Shown piece after piece: positions 1 through 12,635 of a stretch of 64,000 bases of DNA. The position numbers and the translations under genes were made by a program. The notes under the pieces are model-generated. The model saw only the letters and a program-made list of their open reading frames with translations, searched no databases and was not told the DNA's origin. This DNA comes from Octopus sinensis. Lineage: Eukaryota. Numbering within the stretch: position 1 is the first letter of the stretch; the number at the start of each line of letters is the position of its first letter. The DNA lies in NCBI RefSeq assembly GCF_006345805.1, contig NC_043009.1, forward strand, positions 68,944,001-69,008,000, given 5' to 3'.

Positions 1-265
1 GAATAATCCCATTGCTATTCCTCAGATTTTGTATTCTGTTATGATGTGGCTACACACGTCTGGTGTAAAATGGTATTACACAAATAGTTGGTTGTGGTTA
101 CCTAAAAATAACCTATTGCAGAAATGTATGAAGATAGTTTTAGACAAAATAAAACAACTTTCCTAAAATACCTTTACTTTCTTATCTCATCAGTAAGAGA
201 GAAGGTGAGGCTAAAACATCAAAACAGTCTCTTAAATAAGAGATTAGTAGCAGACAGTAAGTTAC

Positions 266-338
266 CTTAACAGTTCCGTCATCATCTCCAGAAGCCAGAA
301 AATGGTCACCCAACAGAAGTAAGCTGTAAATTGCTGAC
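266..338 (-). CDS. WDR55: WD40-repeat protein (WDR55-like), coding exon 4; gene continues off the window start
   Basis: ttcatttccAG acceptor and GTAACT donor; 73 nt, phase 2 to 0; encodes (E)SAIYSLLLLGDHFLASGDDDGTVK, a typical WD40 blade resembling the WDR55 INSLLL..LATGDD region; in frame with exon 1671-1856. Confidence 0.9.
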
Positions 339-1670
339 CTGGAAATGAAGAAAAAGTTGCTCTTTTTAGAAACATTATGTTAATTAAAAGATCGTCAAAG
401 GAAAGTATTGTGAGTTAGAGATGGAGTACAGGCAAGTCTGGTTGGAGTGGGTCTGTTTTCAACCCTAACCACAAGTGATGAATTTGTGTCTTAATTAAAA
501 AGCATTATCGTAATTTCTTGAATGTAATTTTTGCAAAGCAATAGAATTACTTATCGAATATGAATTTAGCATTAAAAAACAACACGTTTTGGTTAAATTA
601 ATACCATATTTTCCAGCATACAAATCAATGTAGAATATAGTGTAAACATTTGAACATCATCATTATCTTTGCAAATCCTGCTGCTATTCGCATGGAATCT
701 TCGATCCTTCAAACTTACCTTGGTTTATGAGTCAACCAACATTTTTTAGCTGCAAATTTATTTTGAAAAATCTGATTTATGGTAATTATTATATTCTATC
801 CAGTATATTTTTAAAAAACTGTTCATGCACAGCACAAGAATATATATACAACAGGATTCCATAGTTTCCATCTACCAAATCCACTTCCAAGGCTTTGGTT
901 AGTCTCAGGCCATAGTAAAAGACACTTGCTGAAGGTGCCACACAATAGGGCCAAACCCAAAACCATGATTGGGAAGCAGGCCTCTGCATTGCCCCTGTAC
1001 TGTTGAGCCCCTTAAACAAAGTGAAACAACTGAACTAGGAACCCTAGAGACCAATCATGGGAACAACTGTAATCTGTGTGATTTGCTGAATGCCATGCCA
1101 ATGGAAAAAATGACCTCTAATTTTATTAGTGGTGTAGGTCACCTGATGATAAACCATGTCTGCAACAGACAACTGATCTCAAGAATTCAAAGTGGCTGAA
1201 AGGCAATGAGCTGGCAGAATCTTTGGCATGCCAGGCAAGAGGCTTTCTGCCATTTCCTCCATCTTTGCATTCTGAGTTCAAATTCCACCAAAGTCAACTT
1301 TGCCTTTCATCTTTTCAGGGATGATGAAATAAATACAAGATAAACACTGGGGCCAATCATCATCATCATCATCATCATTTAACATCCACTTTCCATGCTA
1401 GCATGGGTTGGACGATTTGACTGAGGGATGGCGAACCAGACTCGATTCTGATCTGGCAGAGTTTCTACAGCTGGATGCTCTTCCTAACGCCAACCATTCC
1501 ATGAGTGTAGTTGAATGAACTCAACTAATCCCCCTCCCCAGAAATTGCTGGCCTTGAAACCAATGATTTGAAATGACTGAAATCTAAATGGTTAGCAATG
1601 GTAAAAGTAATGTGGTGGATTAAGCTGTTCTAAATTAGCAACATTATATGTGATGTCCATAATTACTTAC

Positions 1671-1856
1671 TCGTGGGCCGTTTTGTTGTGCCAGGTGACA
1701 GCACCAGTATTCATATCCACAGCTGCAATTGACTTGTCTTTGGAACCGCTGTACAAGATGGTGCCATCAGACGAGAACTGTATGCATCGACATGACTTCT
1801 TGTGGTGCTCCAGCAGCAGGAGATCTTGGTTGTCGCCTTCAACTGCATAGGAATGC
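1671..1856 (-). CDS. WDR55: WDR55-like coding exon 3
   Basis: ctatctgcAG acceptor and GTAAGT donor; 186 nt, phase 2 to 2; HSYAVEGDNQDLLLLEHHKKSCRCIQFSSDGTILYSGSKDKSIAAVDMNTGAVTWHNKTAH(E), resembling WDR55 HHLKACRAVAFS..SKDKAI..KAH as I recall it. Confidence 0.92.
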
Positions 1857-2680
1857 CTGCAGATAGAACAAAAGACATCTTCTGAGGTGAGATCAAGAGA
1901 TGGAGTACATGCAAATTGCTGTTGAGGGATACTGGCATACTATGGCCTAGTGATGACCCTTTTGATACCAACACCACCCGAGACAGCCCTTGCTTTTACG
2001 ACATAGATTTCCTATTTTAAAGCATTCTAAATTAAAACCAGCTATCAAAATTCCCAGTTAATTTCTGCTCCAAACACCACTGTCATCATTGCCACCACCA
2101 TCATCATTTCATGTCCACTCTCCATGCTTGCCTGGGTTGACAATTTGATTGAACCTGGCAAGCCAGAGGGCTGCACCAGGCTCCAGTTGTCTGCTTTTGG
2201 CATGGTTTTTACAACTGAATGCCTTTCCTAACACCAACCACTTTACAGAGTGTGCTGGGTGCTTTTCATGTGACACCAGCATGAGTGCATTTCATGTGGC
2301 GCAATGACATGTAGGATCTTCATGTAGTGCTGGCACAGATGCTTTTTTATGTGATGCCAGAACACAGAAGCAAAGGCAGTACGGGTTAACAGAAACATAG
2401 TAATGAAAGGGTTAAACTATATTTACTGATATTCAGATTCTAAGTAGCAACTCTCTCTCTCTCTCTCTCTCACACACTACTGGTAGACAGATACATGTTC
2501 ATTGAAACACAAGTTGTATTTCAAACCCTGCTCAACTCACACTGCCATGGAAACATTAAATGTGGAGGAGACTAGAGTTACAGGAAGATGAAAGACATGC
2601 TATCAAATTGTTAGGTGTTTACTTTGTCATCTCCTAATATAATAATGAGCATATTTGTATGTATATATATATATATATAT

Positions 2681-2909
2681 ATTTCTTTACTACCCACAAG
2701 GGGCTAAACACAGACGGGACAAACAAGGACAGACGAACGGATTAAGTCGATTATATCGACCCCAGTGTGTAACTGGTACTTAATTTATTGACCCCGAAAG
2801 GATGAAAGGCAAAGTCGACCTCGGCGGAATTTGAACTCGGAACGTGACGACAGACGAAATACAGCTACGCATTTCGCCCGGCGTGCTAACGTTTCTGCCA
2901 GCTCGCCGC
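2681..2909 (-). mobile_element. tRNA-derived SINE, family A (GGCGGCGAGCTGGCAG head)
   Basis: Full-length inverted copy of the repeat at 8951-9184, 38956-39185, 47815-48050 and 50481-50716; B-box-like GAGTTCAAATTCC. Confidence 0.85.
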
Positions 2910-4056
2910 TCGCCTATATATATAGGTCCAGAATCACGTTAAGATGCAGAGGAGGAGAGACAATAGTAACTCAGTGAAGGAAAAGTAGTGAGAGTAATAG
3001 CCCTGACTGAGAGGGAGTGAGAGAAAGGAAGGGGTGATAGATGAATAAAGAAGGAAGGGGTGAAACAAAATCAGTGTTTCAACTCTGTGTGAGTATATGC
3101 ATGTGTGTGCGCGTACAAGGAAAGTATGTGAATGTTTGTATGTGTGATTATTTTGTACCTTATTTATATATAAAATGCAACAATTAGCCATCATTTTCGA
3201 CAGCACAGGGTCAGCTAGTTTGTTATAAAATACAGCAGAAGGAAGCCAAATGGCACAGAGAAATTGATACAATTCTATTAAAAAGCACACACACACACAA
3301 GTATAGAAGCTAGCAGGAGAGAAAATAAAACCCAGGGTCGTGCCAGAGTTGACAGAATGATGGGTAAAAAGAACTCTTTCAGTACAGTTTGCATCTCATA
3401 GGTAACTACTGATTTCAAAGACTTTTGGAACCAGCATTCCACAGATGGATTCCTGTCCTGACACCAAGATTTACTAGCTTCCAAGTAAAGAATTTTATTC
3501 AATCAGTCCTCAAACATCAAATTTCTGAGCTGTGGAACACATATTAATGTTGCTATGGCAAAGATACGGTAAATGTGAAGACAAGAAGAGACAAGCACAC
3601 ACACACACATGCATGCATGACTGGCTTCCAAACCGTTTCTGTTGACAAACTTTCAATCCCAAGACACAAGTCAACTCAAAGACATTTGTTCCAGGTGCAA
3701 TGCAGTAAACGTCTTAATACTTATTATGTGTCTGCTATTAAACCAACAGAGGTAATTAAATGTCCATTGTAATGCAGTGTACCAATATGAGGCAGCGGAC
3801 AAAATGCTTAGCGGCATTTCATGTCTCTACATTCTGAGTCCAGATCCCCCTGAGCTCAACTTTGCCTTTCAGGGTCAATAAGCAACAGTTGAGCACTGGA
3901 GTTAATGTAATCAACTTAACACACCACCCACCACCCACCCCGAAATTGCTGGCCTTGAGCCAAAACATGAAACCAATATGGCAGATAAATATAAATATGA
4001 CTAATAAGTGTTGTAAGTGCGAAAGTTTGTAGAGAGAGGGAATTTTTGTTATTTAC

Positions 4057-4166
4057 AGAGAGACGTCTCCTCCGATGTGAGCTGCTGCAATAACATCTTT
4101 CACTGGGTTGAAGCAAACATCAACCACAACATCACTCAACGAGATGGCCTTGGGTTTCAGATCTGC
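4057..4166 (-). CDS. WDR55: WDR55-like coding exon 2
   Basis: ttctttatttAG acceptor and GTAAAT donor; 110 nt, phase 0 to 2; ADLKPKAISLSDVVVDVCFNPVKDVIAAAHIGGDVS(L), the first WD blade; phase fits exon 3. Confidence 0.88.
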
Positions 4167-6759
4167 CTAAATAAAGAAAATACAAAACAGAGTTTATCAT
4201 TAAAAAATCATTACGCTGATACATTTATGACAATAACAATATTTACGTAGAAACAAAACATTTAAGACAAAAGCTGTGAAGTGAAAATGGAAACTGGTCA
4301 GGCAAACACGGAGACAGCCTGAGTTATGTACCTTGCTTAAGGTACATAACAGAAAAGAGTAACGTTGCCAAGTTGGACTAAAAGACGCACCATTAATGTA
4401 TTTTTATCTAATTAAACAATGTAAATGCTTTTGCATATATACCTGTGAATGAGGAATTTATCCAGTCAGAAAGAATAATTTCCCCCATTAGCCATTCATT
4501 TGCCTATAGCAACCATTTATATAAAAGGTGGGTTCTAGCAACTGATGGTATGTTTGTATTAAATTTGGAAATAAAATACAATCGTTAATTCTGGTCAAAG
4601 TTTTTTATCTCCAGATGCTGACAGATGAGAAGACAAATCTCCCACAGAACAAACAATTTCAGGAGCAAAGAAGTTTAGAATGACTAAACTACTGGGGTTT
4701 TATAAGAACAGCATAACCAAGTTGAAACTAACTCTGCAAGGCACAATAACCAAACACTGTGGTGCTGCTGCAATATTTCATTGGAATTGTCAATTTCTGC
4801 AACAAGTGTTTTAAAAATAGTTGGACTGTGAAAAAAACAAACACAAAATAAAACATTAAAAAGAGTGTGTGTGTGTGTGTGTGTGTGACTGATCATGGTG
4901 AGAATTATCTGCTGAGTTACTAATCTGATTTTAATTTCCATTGAGGATATTTGTTTGATCCTTTGATGCAAAATATGTTAAACAGAAATTGTCCTAATTC
5001 AGTTGCAGAGGCACCACCAAAGCAATATCTTTGTTCAGAGTAAGCCAGCCTAATGAGGTCTGACTTTTCTCAATAAATACCCACTGGAGATGCTAAATTC
5101 TGCATTGCTACTCAAGCCCTTCACCACCATAATTCTGTCTCATAACACATTACCTGTGTGGTTTTCAAAACAATCGAGAATTGGTGGTAATCTAGGAAAA
5201 TAACCTTTTCAGAATGCAGAAAATTTTTTTTTAAACTTTTATATTTTGAGTGCAAACGCCCATCTTCAGAAGAATGCAGCCAAGGAAATGTATATATACA
5301 TAGATCCTGTTATTTTTTATCTAGTAGACAAAAAGTTCCAACATAGAATTCTAATAGAAGGTTTAAACAAGATTTTTTAATGATAGAACCAGGTGTATTT
5401 CAGATGTGTTATTATCATCATCAGCAGCAAGAAAAAAGTTTAATCAAAGACGAGGCTATTTTACAGTGAATCCTTTCTACATTGCAGTTCATAGACCCAG
5501 CTGAATGAAATGAGGCAGTTCAGGCTTAGATGTGATGGTCATATGATGTTGTACAAAGATATAACCAGCTGGAACTCTGAGTTTCTTGTCTTGTACCCTT
5601 TACACTCAGCCAGGTACACCTCTTGCTGTTACCTTACAGACGACTGAACAGTATGTTAAGTAGGTCTCTATTAACTGTGAAGTACAAATCACAACAAAAC
5701 CTGCCAACTGTAAAACGTACAAAAGCATGCAACCAATCCTTGTATGTGAGGAATCTTATTCACAAGTGAACATGTGTTTGCGTCAAAGGGCACAAATGTG
5801 TGTGAGAGAGTTAATACATAGTTAAATGTAATTATCCTTAACAGCAGATAATAGGATTATCAGATTTTGCAAAAAAGATTAATAGCACAATGGCTATTTG
5901 CACATCCTATCTATAACACATACGTAATCGAATTTTAAATATTCTAGTGCTTTAACTAACCAAATATATTGGATCATTATAGTGTAAAAAGTACTCGTTT
6001 GAATACAATATTTCTTGCTTATACAAATATAAAACCTGAAGATTTTTTTCTTTTTGGTCATGAGAAACAGAAAGATATGATGTTCGTGATAGAATATTAA
6101 TAGAATATTTTGGTCAGTTTAGAATGGGCCTACCTATCTGACAAAGTAGGGAGAACCATGTTTATTATGGGAGAAGGAATGCGGTTCAAAGATTCTGAAA
6201 TAACATGAATCAACGTTTTTAAATATTTTTTTAGTTAAAAATGAAGAAGTAAAGAAAGAATGATCTAAATTTCTATTTTCAATTATTAATCCATAACTAC
6301 GGAGTCCTCTTTTCTCTTCTAATTTCGATCCTTTTTAACGAGTAATGGATTTTCCTTTTTAAAATGTTGGGGTTTGGGGGTTTTTTCTTGCTGAGATTTA
6401 ATATTTCAGCAGAGGGGAAACCTAAATTCATACGATTTATGATTTTCTCAATCAAGTTGAAGACTAAAATGAAATAGATTGTTCCAATCAAGAATTGAAA
6501 TATCAGTTTACGAGTTCAACCCATCTATCTTTACACAAAGTATCATTTATAATGGATGCAACTTCACCACTATAGGCAGTGGGAGCCATGTGTAACTAAC
6601 GAGTGTTTCATTAACATGCAATGTCGATTTCCTATGGTGGGCTGATCAAGACAAGAAACTTCTCCACTTTTATTTTCCCAAATATACACAAGAACTTGTA
6701 GGATCACAGACAGTTCAATCTAAAGACAACAGCAGCGATATAAAGCCACATCTGATCAT

Positions 6760-7370
6760 ATTCGAAGGACAACATCCAAACAAAAGTTGGGTGATGACCG
6801 CGCACCTGGCGATGTTTACATTTTCCTATTCATCACACAACACTGACCACGTTGGGTTCGTGTGTTCGGCAAGAAACACTCGCCATTTCAGACTAGACAC
6901 AATAACTAAATCGCAATGAGACATTTGAAACACGAGTGTTATTTCTCCAATAAAATAACGAATTAAGTTTTGCGGGAACAGATCTTCGTTGCCCTCAACA
7001 CGTGGACCCAAGACGACGATCACACATGCAGATATATATACATAGATCAACGTGTATTGCTTACATTCACATCTACAAAAATTATGTAGGCTAATGTTGT
7101 TATATATGTTACACAGGTAATATGTATATGACCATCACCGTTAAAGAAAGTATAGATATTATATTGTGAGCGTACCTGAGACGTTGATGGATCGGCCATC
7201 GTTGCTGCAAAGGAAAACAAGTGCTTCTTTCACCAACGAGTAAGTTGGCGGTAAAATACGGAACAGGCACTGACTAGGCGAAACGAAATTAAAGCTATAT
7301 TTTTTTTTTTTTTTCACTTTTGTGTTATTTTCACTTCTTAATAATTTACGATTCCGTTCATTAAAATGCA
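6760..7370. promoter_or_regulatory. CpG-rich putative WDR55 promoter / 5' region
   Basis: Visibly higher CpG density than flanks; contains the first coding exon and an Inr-like TCAGT on the minus strand about 70 nt upstream of the ATG. Confidence 0.5.
7176..7199 (-). CDS. WDR55: WDR55-like first coding exon (MADPSTSQ)
   Basis: ACGATGG start context, 24 nt, then CAG|GTACGC donor in phase 0 matching exon 2; lies in a CpG-rich block. Confidence 0.7.
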
Positions 7371-7612
7371 TGAAAATTCAAATTTTTTTACTGTGGCCAT
7401 GCTGGGGCACCACATTGAAGAATTTTTAGTTGAACGTATCGATGCCAGAATTCTTTTTATTTTCCCTTGATGTAGTTATTAGGATGTGGCCATGCTGGGG
7501 TACCATACCACCTTGAAGAATTTTCAGTCGAATGTATCAACGCCAGAAATTTTAAATATTTTTACATGTTAATGCAGCGTTGTATCCATTATTTGCAAAA
7601 ATATGGAAGGGG

Positions 7613-7761
7613 CCAGCAGCTGTAGGGGCACTCGGAGCCCTAACAGCCAAGCTTGAGAAATATGTCAAAGAAATTGGAAATGACATGAGAGAAGAGCAAG
7701 ACCCAAAAACTGCACCCTGCTGGGGACAGCTGGGATTTTGAGATTGGTTCTTGGGTGCTGA
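7613..7761 (+). mobile_element. R4/Dong-clade LINE C-terminal remnant
   Basis: PAAVGALGALTAKLEKYVKEIGNDMREEQ..KTA/LLGTAGILRLVLGC* with one frameshift; matches the (V/I)GALG...QK.ALLGTA.ILR tail of R4/Dong ORFs. Confidence 0.65.
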
Positions 7762-8950
7762 ATGTCTCCCACAATAATTAACAACCAGTTCCGATTTCCC
7801 ACCCCTACTTTTTCCTGAACAAATATAGGGTGTTTGTGGCACATTAGAAGGTCAGGGTACTTGATTCCACACAAAAAATCCAAGGATTTTATTTTTTTGC
7901 TTAATGAAACCTGTGCGGGTGTACTTCGCAAAATTGACTTAAGTTTGTATTTGGAGGGGGAGGAGAAGATGCAGTTGGATCGACAAAAGGATGGGGGGGG
8001 GAATAACCGTTAATATTTTTGGTAAGCTTGAGTATAGGTGGTATACAAGGAACTATTTTTAGAGGAGTGGGGGCTTTTATAGCAGTGATACAATTGGGAA
8101 ATAGGGAACAGTATGTTTGTGGGTCAGAGGGCGTAATATCCTGGTGAGGGAGTTTGTGCTGTGTGCAGTTAGAAGCAAGGATCTGGGAACAGGAGGTGCT
8201 GGTGGTGCACTTGCAACCCCTAAAGTTTTTCAGAGGTGCAAAATCAAAATTTGTATCCCCTTACATACTTTGCCAGGTTTAGAAAATAGTGTTTAAAAAT
8301 TGATCTGTAAAAAGTTGCTTGAAGTTAGGTTTCTTCTCAAAACAACAAAGTACAAAAATGAATTTTTTAAAAATGACCCCAAGCTGGTCATAAAATTCCC
8401 AAGGGAATTCTCTAGAAAGATATATTACTCAACTAACAGCATGACCAGCAGTAGGGTCACTCCTCAAAACTAGCACAGCTGATGACCTACTAAACTGATG
8501 ACCTACTAAACTCTGCAATGAAAAGCCCTTCACCGTCCAACTATCCACATTCTTCGTTTTCTCTGAATACTACAACTGACCCATCATCATCATCATCATC
8601 ATTGCCATAATATTCTACTGCTACAACCATGACCACTACTACTGTCACACCTTTCTTAGCCCAAGGTGTCACGCAGAGGGACTGGACCCGGAACCATGTG
8701 GTTGAGAAGGAAGCTTCTTACCACACAGCTGCTGCTGTTAGAACACCTGTAATGCCAGGTGTTCTAGATATATATAAGAGCCACTCGTATTTTCATTGTT
8801 GGTGACTTCAACTACCCTGAAATTGAATGGGAAACTTTTTGTTGGCCACAAAGCACAGGCAATTCCCTTGATGGAGTGCTGGATGGAAACTGGTCCCAAG
8901 TAGTCACTTCCCCCACAAGAAGTAATAACACTTTGGACCTGCTTTTTACC

Positions 8951-9184
8951 TATTTCTTTACTACCCACAAGGGGCTAAACACAGAGAGGACAAACAAGGA
9001 CAGACAAACGGATTAAGTCGATTATATCGACCCCAGTACGTAACTAGTGCTTATTTAATCGACCCCGAAAGGATGAAAGGCAAAGTCGACCTCGGCAGAA
9101 TTTGAACTCAGAACGTAGCAGCAGATGAAAAACCGCTAAGCATTTCTTCTGGTGTGCTAACGATTCTGCCAGCTCCTCGCCGCC
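8951..9184 (-). mobile_element. SINE family A copy
   Basis: Near-identical in layout and sequence to 2681-2909. Confidence 0.85.
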
Positions 9185-9199
9185 TTTACCATCTTTTAC

Positions 9200-9600
9200 T
9201 ATCACTCCTGAAACTGTTATTGGTGTTGCAATGAAGGAACTTCTAGGTGACTCCGATCATGCTATGATCATTGCCAATCTGTCTCTTATAGGCAGAAACA
9301 AGAAAATCCACCACCACCACCTTCAAACCACTCGCTTAGACTGGAACTGTTACCGTAAGGAGTTACGATGCCCAAATTGGTTTGAATTTTACTATTCAGG
9401 AGACGTCAATACTGTTTTTCAAAATATCTTCAGTGCCACCTGGGCTGCATGTGAAGCGGAAGTACCATGCAAACCCTCTAAAAATAAAAACAGTGCAATT
9501 TGGAAGACTGCAGCAGTTCGACTTGCCAGGAAAGATTGTTGTAATTCTGAATAGAAACACAGACAGCAGAGAACAGAAGACGATGCAACAGGTCATCTAA
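9200..9600 (+). mobile_element. CR1/L2-type LINE remnant (end of APE endonuclease plus linker)
   Basis: ORF 9231-9554 contains GDSDH (APE terminal SDH motif) followed by DW..Y...L...NW....DV...F..I....A....VP.K....IW, a typical EN-RT linker. Confidence 0.55.
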
Positions 9601-10471
9601 CCGTCTCAAGCAAGTGAGAAAAAAGGCAGGGCTTGGGTTTGAACGACATGTAGTAACAGGAGTTTTTCTTTGTAAGTCAAGTACTTATTCTTTTAGTCTC
9701 TTTTGCCAAACCCCTAAGTTACGGGGATGTAAACCACCAACATTGGTTGCTAAGCGATAGTGGGGGTACAAACACAAAAACATGACGGGCTTCTTTCAGT
9801 TTCCATCTACCAAATCCACTTACAAGGCTTTGGTCGACCCGAGGCTGCAGTAGAAGACACTCGCCCAAGGTGCCACACACACACACACAAGAAAAAAGCA
9901 ACAAAAATAGATTAGTTTTTCAGTACAATTGTTTCATATGAAGAACAGCTTTATTAAAAGCTGCAAATATTGCAGCAAATACAAGTGTCCCGTATTCATC
10001 AGCCAAAACACATATGAGTTTTCCAAACATCCTCGGGGGTGAGGCTACCCTCATGAAGTATCGAAGAGAGTTCTATAAAAAGCAAATTTAGATTGTAAGC
10101 AGACTTCAAAAGTTCTCTAATGATGCACAGTTTTATAAAAGGTTTTAAAAAAGCTTGTTAGCTTCACAGAAAAGGTAAATCCATCCATAATAATTATGTG
10201 AATATATATATATATATATATATATATGATCATGAAGATGATGTGTGTGTGTGTGTCTTTCTGTTTGTGTTTGTTCCCCGCCCCTTCACAACTGGTGTTA
10301 GTTTCTTTACATCCCATAACTTAGCAATTCAGCAAAACAGACTGATGGAATAAGTAGAAGACTTTAAGAAGATAAATACTGAGATGAATTTATTTGACCA
10401 AACCCTTGCAAGGTGGCGCCCCAGCATAACTGCAATCCACAGACTGTAACAAGTCAAACAAATACTAAAGG

Positions 10472-10831
10472 ACGTGTGATGGCTGGGAAACACAAGTGAA
10501 GAGGAGATATGTAGAAGCAACAGAAGACACCTTCAAGTCTAGACTCAACAACCATAAGTCCTCTTTTAACACTCAGAAGAACTGTAATTTCACAACATTG
10601 GTGAGACATTTATGGATATTGAAAGAAAATGCTGCACAATATAACATCAACTGGAGTGTGATGCAATAATGCAGACCGTTCCTCCTCAGCGGTATGAGGT
10701 GCAAATTTTGCTTGGAGGAGAAAAGGATTATAATGTGGAATTTCTTCTGCCCAGAGAACTGCCTGAACTCTAAAAGCGAAATATTTACCTCTTGTCCTTA
10801 TGAATGGAAATATATATCAACCAAGCAGTAA
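10472..10831 (+). pseudogene. Penelope-like element GIY-YIG endonuclease remnant
   Basis: RRYVEATEDTFKSRLNNHKSSF..TTLVRHLWILKEN...YNINWSV*...CKFCLEEKRII...LNSKSEIFTSCPYEWKY; one internal stop at 10667-10669; matches the PLE endonuclease pattern YIG.T...FK.R..NHK.SF / C.LCL.EK..I / LN...E...C.H. Confidence 0.8.
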
Positions 10832-10943
10832 AGGTTGGTTTTTGTCACATTAGAAGTCATTTCAGCATAAAAAGGGTTGCTGCTAATTTAGTGTGTGATC
10901 TACTACAGGATCTGTAGTCTACACTGTGAAATGACCTGAATTC

Positions 10944-11050
10944 GGTTAGGATTGGGGTTAGGATTTAGAGTAAGGGTTAAAGATTAGAGTTAGAGTTAGG
11001 GTTTAAAGTTATGGTTAGGGTTAAGGTTTAGGATTTGAGTTAGGGTTAGA
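10944..11050 (+). repeat. Degenerate interstitial (TTAGGG)n-like tract
   Basis: About 18 degenerate hexamers (TTAGGG/TTAGAG/TTAGGA/TAAGGG). Confidence 0.8.
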
Positions 11051-11559
11051 CGGCACACTAGGTTTGACCAGATACTAAAGTGGCACCAAAAGGTTTTATC
11101 TCCCATATATGTACACACCCACACATCTCACTTTCTCCCACGCACTCTCCACCTTATCCTTACCCTCTCTTCGTTCCACATTTACAGAGATAAAAAAAAA
11201 TAATGGTCAGCATTTGCTGACTCGCAGGACAATTATTGACCAATCCAAGGGACACAACTCTAACGGGCTTTAGAGCTAGCATTTTTGCTTCTTTCTTTTT
11301 GAGCTTTTCCATCTCAGGGTTGTTTTTTTCTGTTTGTCTTTTTACGTCACTTCTGAAATTTGTAGACAGAATGGTGCTTTGAGACAACCGGTAAAAACGA
11401 TCCCCAGCTATACTCTTCCATTCAACCTTAGAAGGTTTTTTATAGCGAAAACATTTGGGAATATGAAATGGATGTTATGAAACTAAATTTATAAAACCAT
11501 ACAAATAAGTATATAATAAATATAAATAATATATATAAATAATGTGTGTTTGGAGTCAC

Positions 11560-11775
11560 AACACAGAAAGGAAAATGTAGCGAAATTACATGAAGACTAC
11601 CATGAGTTATTTTCAGAAGACTGAAGCGACTGAAGCAGGAGATGAGAAAAGCTAAAGAAGGAAAGGGTCAGCCTCACGACCTCAGTCTGACCAAAAGCCT
11701 ATATATTTGCCCCAAATGTGCCACAGCCTGTTGCTCAAGCATCGATATACAGGGCCACTAAAGGATTTGTCATTT
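11560..11775 (+). mobile_element. RTE-clade LINE C-terminal zinc-knuckle remnant
   Basis: RLKRLKQEMRKAKEGKGQPHDLSLTKSLYICPKCATACCSSI..GH*RIC resembles the RTE C-terminal C..C...C.S.IGL.SH motif. Confidence 0.5.
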
Positions 11776-11817
11776 TTCTTCATCATCTTCAGATCTACCA
11801 CCATCATAATATATATG

Positions 11818-12475
11818 TAGGGGGGGCCATGGGTAAATTGTCAGCATTTTATATTTTTAATTTCACGCATGTGCATTATTACTACACAGTATAGTAGGGT
11901 CAGTCGGGCACCATTTGTGAGAAAAACAGCACCATGACACAATTCACTCTGCCAGAAATTTGGAAACAACATGCTGTACTGCTTGGGATTCACATCAGAG
12001 GCTCCAATACAAACATTTCAGATTGTGTGGGTGTCAATCTGAGGACAGCGCAATCTGAGGGCATGTACCAAGAGTGATAAAAATCAAACATCCAGTCAAC
12101 ATCATGGGTGTTTGGAGTGATCACTAGTGATAGTGACATTATGCCTCCATTCATCTTCCCACACTGCCTCAGAATCAACATGGAGGCCTATATCAAGTGC
12201 ATGGAGGAGGTAGTGTTGTCCTGGGTTAAGAGAGTGGCTGCTGGGAGAATCTGTGTCTGGCAACAGGACTCTGCACCATGCCACACAAGCAGGAAAACCC
12301 AGTCACGGCTGTCAGACAATTTCTATGACCACATCAACCCTAACATCTAACTCCACCTAACTCCCTGACTGCAACCCTCTTGATTATTATGTGAAGGGTG
12401 CAATTGATTAAGAGACCAATAAAACTCTTGTAGCACCAAAGATGAAGGCAAGGATTATGGCAGCATTGACCAACT
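11818..12475 (+). mobile_element. Internally deleted maT/DD37D Tc1-mariner copy
   Basis: Homologous to 41734-42730 at both ends with roughly 400 bp of the middle missing; MFGVITSD..IFPH.LRINMEAYIKC..WQQDSAPCHTSRKTQ. Confidence 0.9.
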
Positions 12476-12533
12476 GTGTGTGTGTGTGTATGTATATATA
12501 TATATATATATGATGATGATGATGATATATATA

Positions 12534-12590
<57 letters not shown>

Positions 12591-12635
12591 CATACATACA
12601 TACATACATACATTCATACATACATACATACATAT
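12476..12635. repeat. Compound microsatellite (TG)n(TA)n(ATG)n(TA)n(TACA)n
   Basis: Directly visible; similar arrays at 16590-16700, 17770-17960, 21040-21080, 21830-21900, 26355-26407 and many others. Confidence 0.95.

Noticed and set aside
6786-6850. Box C/D snoRNA-like motif (GTGATGA ... CTGA)
   Set aside because: Antisense to the WDR55 intron, only a 3-bp terminal stem, no convincing D'/C' boxes and no rRNA or snRNA complement that I can identify.
10944-11050. True telomere or chromosome end
   Set aside because: Short, highly degenerate and internal.
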